Shown here: one piece after another, positions 57,890 to 64,000 of the stretch
Position numbering within the stretch: the stretch's first letter is position 1
Layout of the letters: every line of letters begins with the position of its first letter
NCBI GenBank assembly: GCA_029762535.1
Contig: JARVGK010000002.1
Location: 73,603-137,602 of the forward strand
Origin: Thermoplasmatota archaeon
GTDB lineage: Archaea; Thermoplasmatota; Penumbrarchaeia; Penumbrarchaeales; Penumbrarchaeaceae
Direction of reading: 5' to 3'
Length of the DNA: 64,000 bases
Notes under the pieces: generated by a model
What the model saw: the letters and a program-made list of their open reading frames with translations, nothing else
Told to the model about the DNA's origin: nothing
Database searches by the model: none
Program-made: the position numbers and the translations under genes

Positions 57890-59202
57890 TGGTCCCCGAA
57901 GAAATCCTTCATCTCCAAAAGATCGGCTTCGAAGAAACCGGGAAGGCCTCCCTTGACCATACCCCGATCGTTTATCTCCACATTTGAGGTTCTAACAGCG
58001 CCGTCTTTCATTTCAAAATAGATGATGGCCACATCCTCTTTCTTAAGTTCTCCACGGGAGATGGATGAAAGTATCGGATAGATCATGTGTTCGGAATGCG
58101 TCGAGAAAATGATCTGCTTGTTCTCATCCTTCCAGACTTTGATGAACAATTTCATCAGGTCCGATTGTGTCCTCGGATGAAGATGGATCTCCGGCTCCTC
58201 GATCAATATCGTATCCAACTCATCGGACAAGGCGATGGGGATGAGCATATGCAGCATCTGCTGGGATCCCAGCCCTTCGTTTATCAGCAAATTGTTCTTA
58301 TCTGATCTGATCTTCAAAATCGACCTCTTGTCACCGACCAGTTCCGCATATACATCGATCTCCAGTAGCTCCTTGAACCATCTGGATATCTTGTCAGCGA
58401 CATCCTTATTCGAAAGCATCATGGCGGATATTATCTTTGATCTGATATCGAGTTCCAGGTATTCCGTTCTTTCCTTGCTCCACCCGTTTATCAATTCCTG
58501 CGTATGTGTCTCGAAACCTCTGATCCCATAAATGAACGTCCATGAACGAACAAGATTTTCAAACAATCCAAGCATCTGTTTTGCCATGTGAGAATATCGC
58601 TTTTCATCATTTCTATCCGGAACCTTAACATTATAATGGTTGGTCGGCCTCAGGAAATTTGGAGAATAGAATAAGACAATATCAACGTCACTATTTTGGA
58701 CGGTTATATTCATGTTAGGGTCGTTCAAAGCATCCTTGTTTCTTATGTCAATGATATATTCATTGTCCATTTTTCCGTAGTAATCACATTTTGTTATCTT
58801 CAATTCTTCATCGAACTCATAAAATACCTCTGAATAACCTTCTTTGAACCCTATTCTCTTGCTGATGGTGTCTTTGATCAAAGCATTACCCTTGATTTCG
58901 ATCGAGATCCCTCTCAGAATATCATTTATCATATCCTGCGGTTTTGAACCAAGGTCGACCAGCCTTGACAAACTATCATTCGTATTCTCACTGAATGATC
59001 CTTGGTCCATTGAATACAACACTTCTTTGTTCAAGTACAATTTTTCCTTGAACAGGAGAAGTAACTGAAAAATAGTGGATTTCCCCGAATTGTTCGGCCC
59101 TATGAAAACGGTGATCGGTTTGAGATCGAGATCCGTATCCGCATGTGCCTTGAAGTTCTTTACCGCGAGTTTTGTCAGCACACCGATCACCAGTTCAGGC
59201 AT
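57886..59202 (-). CDS. AAA_21/OLD-type ABC ATPase (defence-associated)
   Basis: Walker A GPNNSGKSTIF. Walker B and H region LIEEPEIHLHP and FSTHSEHM. AT-rich. Confidence 0.6.
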   Translation of the reverse strand: MPELVIGVLTKLAVKNFKAHADTDLDLKPITVFIGPNNSGKSTIFQLLLLFKEKLYLNKEVLYSMDQGSFSENTNDSLSRLVDLGSKPQDMINDILRGISIEIKGNALIKDTISKRIGFKEGYSEVFYEFDEELKITKCDYYGKMDNEYIIDIRNKDALNDPNMNITVQNSDVDIVLFYSPNFLRPTNHYNVKVPDRNDEKRYSHMAKQMLGLFENLVRSWTFIYGIRGFETHTQELINGWSKERTEYLELDIRSKIISAMMLSNKDVADKISRWFKELLEIDVYAELVGDKRSILKIRSDKNNLLINEGLGSQQMLHMLIPIALSDELDTILIEEPEIHLHPRTQSDLMKLFIKVWKDENKQIIFSTHSEHMIYPILSSISRGELKKEDVAIIYFEMKDGAVRTSNVEINDRGMVKGGLPGFFEADLLEMKDFFGDQ

Positions 59203-59269
59203 TCAGGCATCAACTGCTATTTATACCTTTTTTAAGCCTGGTAATGTCAAATTTTGGTGACTTGGGCCA

Positions 59270-59962
59270 TTAGAGGGTAAACTCCAGGATCGATAGGATC
59301 TCATTAAAGATCGCGTCCCTTTCCTTTACTAGGTGGACGAGATGGCCCCCCGAGTATTCTCTTAGGTCCCCGCCCCTTGCATCTATCGCATCGTGGCAGA
59401 TTATCCTGTCATCCTGGAATCGATACACAACATCATTCTCCCTCGGCGGCGGGATCGCTTTCTGCATGCTCACCATCTGGTAGAGGGTCGAGAACGAGAG
59501 AAAGGCGGGGATCCCGACGATATCCTCGTGAACGGCATGGTATCCGGCGTCCTTCCTCGTGAACGTGCGCGGCAGGAACCTGAACCGGACCTTTTTTAGC
59601 TTCTGCAGCGCAAGGTCATAACCCATGTAATGGAGGGATCTACTGACGCCCCAGAAAGGGCTCAGGAACACCCTCCGCCTCGGCCTGTCCATGTATGCTC
59701 CGACAAGACCTCCCATCGAAAGACCTACCAGCGCATGTTCTCCCAGCTCATCCTCGATCTTGAGGCAGGGCTCGAACAGGTCCGTCCGGTGATCTTTCAG
59801 GTCCGTGGGCAGTCTCACGAATGTGGTCCTGAGCCCACGCTCGGAAAAAAGGTCCATTAGCCATTTCGTCCCCGGCTGCTCGAACGTTATGCCATAACCC
59901 AAAAGGAAGAGCACGTCCATGCCCTCTCCTACGGTCTTGACCTCGATGGGCATCGATCTCAC
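59270..59962 (-). CDS. alpha/beta-hydrolase fold protein (paralog 2)
   Basis: Nucleophile elbow GLSMGG. Shares FLSPFWG with paralog 1. Confidence 0.5.
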   Translation of the reverse strand: MRSMPIEVKTVGEGMDVLFLLGYGITFEQPGTKWLMDLFSERGLRTTFVRLPTDLKDHRTDLFEPCLKIEDELGEHALVGLSMGGLVGAYMDRPRRRVFLSPFWGVSRSLHYMGYDLALQKLKKVRFRFLPRTFTRKDAGYHAVHEDIVGIPAFLSFSTLYQMVSMQKAIPPPRENDVVYRFQDDRIICHDAIDARGGDLREYSGGHLVHLVKERDAIFNEILSILEFTL

Positions 59963-60942
59963 CTCGGATCATTCCATGGCAGTTTCGAGAGGTCCACGTT
60001 TCCACCCGAAAGTATGATCCCTATCCTCTTTCCAAGGAGATCTTCCTGGCCTTCCAAAAGGGCGCCGAGCGTGACGCAGGCCGAGGGCTCAACGACGATC
60101 TTAAGCCTCTCCATGATGAGCCTCATAGCCTTTATCGTGGAGGCGTCCTCCACCCTCACAATCCTGCTCACCGATCTGGATATGATATCGAAATTCAATT
60201 TCCCCAATGATGTGAGCAAACCGTCGCATATCGTATTAGGATCCTCTGAGGGCACTATACGGCCCCGTGCAAGGGATCTGTAGGCGTCGTCCGCGCCTGA
60301 AGGCTCGGCAGCGATGACCGCAACTCTCTTCGATGTATACTTCGCAGCCAGGCAGGTGCCGGAAAGTAGCCCCCCGCCTCCTACGGGCGTCATCACCGCA
60401 TCGAGGTCCTGCACATCCTCGAAGAGTTCGATCGCCGCCGTAGCCTGTCCAGCGACGATCCTCGGATCGTCGTACGGAGGGATGAAGGCGGCTTTGGTCC
60501 TACTTACCACCTCCTCCAGAGCTTCCTCCCTGGCCGCGAGCGTAGGCTCGCAGAACACTATTCTAGCCCCATAACCCCTGACCGCTTCCACTTTCACCAG
60601 GGGGGCGTTCCTGGGCATGACGATGTGGCAGGGGATCCCCCTCAGTGATGCGGCATAGGCGAGGGCCTGGGCGTGGTTGCCCGATGAATGGGTTGCGACA
60701 CCTTTTTTCGCCCCATTTTCATTCAGTGACATGACCGCGTTGACGGCCCCTCTGGCCTTGAACGCCCCGACCTTCTGCAGGTTCTCGCATTTGAAGAAGA
60801 TGGAGGATCCGGAAATGGAATCGATCGATCCGGAGGTCATCACCGGGGTCCTGTGAACGTGCGGCCTGATCCTATCGTGGGCCGCCCTTATATGTTCAAG
60901 AGTGGGATGAACAATGTCTCCGCTCATGAGGATGGATCGCAT
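59959..60942 (-). CDS. PLP-dependent threonine/serine dehydratase (threonine ammonia-lyase-like)
   Basis: PLP lysine motif CENLQKVGAFKARGA. Motifs HSSGNHAQ and GGGGL. Confidence 0.75.
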   Translation of the reverse strand: MRSILMSGDIVHPTLEHIRAAHDRIRPHVHRTPVMTSGSIDSISGSSIFFKCENLQKVGAFKARGAVNAVMSLNENGAKKGVATHSSGNHAQALAYAASLRGIPCHIVMPRNAPLVKVEAVRGYGARIVFCEPTLAAREEALEEVVSRTKAAFIPPYDDPRIVAGQATAAIELFEDVQDLDAVMTPVGGGGLLSGTCLAAKYTSKRVAVIAAEPSGADDAYRSLARGRIVPSEDPNTICDGLLTSLGKLNFDIISRSVSRIVRVEDASTIKAMRLIMERLKIVVEPSACVTLGALLEGQEDLLGKRIGIILSGGNVDLSKLPWNDPR

Positions 60943-61205
60943 ATACGCTAATTAAACCCTTTACATGGCCAATACGGGATGGTCCGATCATTCGACATTG
61001 GAGGTGCGGTTGGGGTACCTTGTGGCCTTCAAGGAGATCCGCGTGTCGCAGAAGGGGCAGGCTTTTGTGGTCGCCTCCTCCACCTTCTCCTCTTTCTTCC
61101 TCATCCCGGCGAAGGCCTTGATGACAAGGAAATGGAAGAACGCTACGATCTCAAGATCGACCCCTCCGCTTTTCCCATGCCATTCTCCATCCATGATCAT
61201 CGTTA

Positions 61206-61586
61206 TTGGAGATGGACCATGCTCTGCCCGAGAGCTATTCATCATCTAACCTTGAAGGGATATCACTCTGCCCCAATCGAAAACGACAAAAAGGAAAATG
61301 TCCTTCATGGTCCGTAAAGGGCATTGTTTCAAAGGTTTCCAGCCCCCCAATCCAGGAAACCCTCCGGGGGCCTGATGCCTTGGAACTGCTGCGGAACAAA
61401 TGGTTCTACGTCGCGACATTTTCGCTGATATTCATACTATCGATAGATCTATGGACTTGGGGATCCACCTCCCCTGCGTTTTTCGGACTGCCCCATGTGA
61501 TCATCTACACGATGGCCCTCGAGGGAGTGCTGTTCATTTCTTTCATCCTTTTCGCAAGGTACTTCTGGACAACGGAGGGGAAATGA
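61206..61586 (+). CDS. small membrane protein coupled to the SSS transporter (DUF4212/YhdT-like?)
   Basis: The C-terminal approximately 70 aa form two TM helices (WFYVATFSLIFILSIDLW, VLFISFILFARYFW). Its stop overlaps the transporter start (ATGATG). The true start is uncertain. Confidence 0.35.
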   Translation: MEMDHALPESYSSSNLEGISLCPNRKRQKGKCPSWSVKGIVSKVSSPPIQETLRGPDALELLRNKWFYVATFSLIFILSIDLWTWGSTSPAFFGLPHVIIYTMALEGVLFISFILFARYFWTTEGK

Positions 61587-63019
61587 TGGACATCGCCCTG
61601 GTGATATTCTGCTCCTATCTCCTCCTTCTTCTTGCCATCGGGGTCTACTCCCACATCAAGTCCAAAAGGACCACGGAGGATTATTTCCTGGCCTCAAGAA
61701 GCATTGGGCCTCTCGTCCTCTTCTTCTCCCTTGCCGCCACCAATTTCTCGGCGTTCACGTTCTTCGGATTCGCAGGGGCATCCTACAAGATAGGATTCGC
61801 CTACTATGGAATAATGGCCTTCGGGACCGGGTTCATGGCCGTATCCTTCTACTTCATAGGAAGGAAGCTCTGGAAGCTCGGAAAGCAGAAAGGCTACATA
61901 ACTCCGCCTGAGCTGATAGGAGACCGAATGGGTTCAACCACTCTTCGCCTGATGTTCATGGCAGTGATGGTGGTCTTCACCATCCCCTATCTTGCGACAC
62001 AGGCGGTCGGGGGGGGTATCGCCCTGACTCAGCTTACGAACGGTCTAGTAAGCTACGAGGGAGGGGCGGCGATCATAACCCTGGTCATTCTGGTGTATGT
62101 CCTGTTCGGGGGTATGAGAGGGGATGCCTATACCGATGTATTGCAGGGGATCGTGATGTTGGTAACCATCATATCGGCGGTTGGGATAGTCTCCTGGGGA
62201 CTGGGCGGTTTCACATTCGCGAACACCCAGATCGCCGAAAGGTTCCCCGATCTGATGACAAGGCCAGGCGGTGGGGGTTTTTTCACCGTTAAGGTCTGGA
62301 TCTCCTACATGCTGCTGTGGACGCTCGCGGACCCCATGTTCCCGCAGCTCTGGACCAGGTTCTACGCCGCCAGGGACGAGAAGGCGATAAGGACTTCAAT
62401 GGTGCTCTACCCGATCGTTACGATGGCATTGTTCCTGGGACCCGTTCTCATCGGGGTCTGGGGAAACCTGACGTTCCCAGGACTTATCGGCTCGGGGCCG
62501 GACTCGATCCTCCCCATGATGGTCGCCGAGTACGCCCCCGCTTGGGCGGCCGGGGCGATCATGGCCGGGGCCTTCGCTGCGCTCATGTCCACGGCCGATT
62601 CACAGCTTCTTGTCTTGAGCTCCATGCTCACGAGGGACGTATACGGGGTGTGGTTAAGGAAGGGATCGAGCGATAGGGAACAATACATAGCAGGGAAGGT
62701 CTTCGTTGTGGGGCTCGCCCTTTCAGGGCTCGCCATCGCCCTCTTCAGGGTGGAGGCGATATTCGACATTCTGACCAGGACCACGTTCACGGGGCTCGCG
62801 GTGCTCTTTCCTACCACGATCGCCGCCCTCTACTGGAAAAGGGCTACGAAATGGGGCTGCATATCGTCGATCGCCATAGGGGAGCTGACCTATGCCGGAT
62901 TCTATTTCGGATGGATACCCGATGCCTTCTCCTTTGGATTCCTGCCTGTGGTCCCTGTTTCAGTGGTCGCTGCCGGAGTACTGATCATCGCCTCGCTGCT
63001 GACAAAACGCCGGGATTGA
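61583..63019 (+). CDS. sodium:solute symporter family transporter (PutP/PanF-like)
   Basis: About 478 aa with 13 TM segments and SSS family motifs (GGMRG, FGGAG). Confidence 0.75.
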   Translation: MMDIALVIFCSYLLLLLAIGVYSHIKSKRTTEDYFLASRSIGPLVLFFSLAATNFSAFTFFGFAGASYKIGFAYYGIMAFGTGFMAVSFYFIGRKLWKLGKQKGYITPPELIGDRMGSTTLRLMFMAVMVVFTIPYLATQAVGGGIALTQLTNGLVSYEGGAAIITLVILVYVLFGGMRGDAYTDVLQGIVMLVTIISAVGIVSWGLGGFTFANTQIAERFPDLMTRPGGGGFFTVKVWISYMLLWTLADPMFPQLWTRFYAARDEKAIRTSMVLYPIVTMALFLGPVLIGVWGNLTFPGLIGSGPDSILPMMVAEYAPAWAAGAIMAGAFAALMSTADSQLLVLSSMLTRDVYGVWLRKGSSDREQYIAGKVFVVGLALSGLAIALFRVEAIFDILTRTTFTGLAVLFPTTIAALYWKRATKWGCISSIAIGELTYAGFYFGWIPDAFSFGFLPVVPVSVVAAGVLIIASLLTKRRD

Positions 63020-63079
63020 GTTTCGTTCATCCCCCACTCGATGCTTTATATGCGACGACCGTATTGGAGGGGAGATAAT

Positions 63080-64000
63080 ATGCTAATGGTCACAACATGG
63101 TACGGCACCTTCCTGTTAGAAGGGGATGCACGTTCGGTGGTATCGTTCTCGGGCGCGGGAAAGGAACCGTCATCCATCGCCGAGGACCTGTCAGTGATCT
63201 CATCCGGCGGGATCCTCCCCAGGGAGAGGGAGCTTGCTCTAACGAACGAACTAACCCTCGTCGCCGAGGAGAGGCTAAGGGCGCTATCCCCCTCGGCGCT
63301 GTTGTTCAACGTCTCGAACCTGGACATACCCGGCCCCCTGGAGAAGGGTTACGGGTTCGATCTCCTGACCGGGGCGAACCTCATTCTCGCCGGAAGACGA
63401 AATGACATGATCGACGATCAGAGAGTTCTGTCTCTGGTGGGGGCGCTAACGGACATCGACACCTCCTCGAACCTCCTGGAGGAGAGGATAACCGAGTGGC
63501 TGTCCAAGACCTGGGAGGCCCCGGCCTCCCATCTCAGCGATGGCGGAGTGATGGCATCCCTATCCGGTTCCGGGACCTTCGGCGAGTTCCTCACCGCTTT
63601 GAAGGAAGTGAACGCGGACCTGTACCGGCCCCTATCCGTAGCCTGCCCCGATCCCGAAATATCCCTAGAGGGGATCGGCGCTTTAGCCTCCTCCCTGTTG
63701 GAGCTGAGCTCTGCAAGGGAGCGCATACAGGGGCTCATCGACGATGAGATGGGATCGATTGCCCCCAACCTCAAGGCGGTAGTGGGTCCCATCATCGGAG
63801 CGAGGCTCATACACAGTGCGGCAGGTATCAAGAGGCTGGCGATGCTGCCCTCATCGACGGTGCAGGTGCTCGGGGCCGAGAAGGCATTCTTCAGGTTCCT
63901 CAAGGAGGGCGGTAGGCCTCCCAAGCACGGGATACTGTTCCAGCACCCTGCAATCCATTCCGCCAGGAAGGACCTGCGAGGCAAGATCGCCCGCACCATG
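63080..64000 (+). CDS. Nop5/Nop56-family box C/D snoRNP protein, 3'-truncated by the window end
   Basis: Manual translation from the ATG at 63080 (GGAGGGGAG RBS-like upstream): MLMVTTWYGTFLLEGDARSV...LGAEKAFFRFLKEGGRPPKHGILFQHPAIHSARKDLRGKIARTM. This is the NOP-domain signature. No stop occurs before position 64000. Confidence 0.7.
   Translation, partial: MLMVTTWYGTFLLEGDARSVVSFSGAGKEPSSIAEDLSVISSGGILPRERELALTNELTLVAEERLRALSPSALLFNVSNLDIPGPLEKGYGFDLLTGANLILAGRRNDMIDDQRVLSLVGALTDIDTSSNLLEERITEWLSKTWEAPASHLSDGGVMASLSGSGTFGEFLTALKEVNADLYRPLSVACPDPEISLEGIGALASSLLELSSARERIQGLIDDEMGSIAPNLKAVVGPIIGARLIHSAAGIKRLAMLPSSTVQVLGAEKAFFRFLKEGGRPPKHGILFQHPAIHSARKDLRGKIARTM

Noticed and set aside
1-64000. 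Genome-wide reassignment of TAG (for example to pyrrolysine), as an explanation for the in-frame ambers in the AlbA/HATPase genes
   Set aside because: TAG terminates at least ten other genes in the window with sensible C-termini and gene junctions. Examples are the permease at 7467, the PIN gene at 13743, the Sox-alpha-like gene at 35629, the DUF4143 gene at 36798, the PPIase at 46311, and 46332 and 53479/53480. No Pyl-type context is seen. The ambers are therefore gene-specific events.

Overview
This window appears to be archaeal. Its right end holds a partial Nop5 (box C/D snoRNP) gene, which is archaeal- and eukaryote-specific. Host-like genes have high GC. TAG ends at least ten genes with plausible C-termini, so it is an ordinary stop codon here. 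The window has three parts.

(1) 1-8,260: a co-oriented cluster of small enzyme genes (three GNAT acetyltransferases, VOC/glyoxalase, DUF3795, YdeI-like, cupin), followed by an FmdE-family gene. FmdE is translationally coupled to a three-gene iron/cobalamin-type ABC importer (binding protein, FecCD permease, ATPase).

(2) 8,261-27,250: a roughly 19-kb accessory region, largely AT-rich, all on the minus strand. It is built of modules separated by one family of structured repeats with covarying stems:
- two AlbA_2/HATPase_c_4-type genes, each broken by a single in-frame TAG and each led by a roughly 46-aa ribbon-helix-helix (RHH) gene;
- two PIN/antitoxin (VapBC-like) pairs;
- a 56-aa hydrophobic ORF;
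- a translationally coupled operon of RHH, a 67-aa protein, an SMC-like ABC ATPase with a C-terminal Zn-ribbon, and a Type III methyltransferase (Mod) and restriction subunit (Res);
- a 1,365-aa protein with a sacsin/Hsp90-like GHKL ATPase head and a DUF3883-like nuclease-fold tail.
The region ends at a divergently oriented Xer-like tyrosine recombinase, giving an integron-like layout.

(3) 28-64 kb: host genes.
- Surface and core-metabolic genes: two type-I membrane/surface proteins, Nnr, a SoxA/SoxB-like FAD oxidoreductase pair, a DUF4143 ATPase, carbamate kinase, DsrE-like, thioredoxin, DedA, radical SAM/SPASM, flotillin, cyclophilin, DUF362-ferredoxin, and a UbiA prenyltransferase.
- Transporters, further enzymes and the partial Nop5: a MacB-like ABC exporter, threonine dehydratase, a Na+/solute symporter and the partial Nop5 gene.
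- Two tRNA genes, Glu-CUC and Gln-CUG, each preceded by tandem repeats that re-use the tRNA 3' end.
- A bacterial-type glutaminyl-tRNA synthetase next to the tRNA-Gln.
- A small AT-rich islet with an AAA ATPase and a TOPRIM-like partner, inserted between two paralogous alpha/beta-hydrolase genes.
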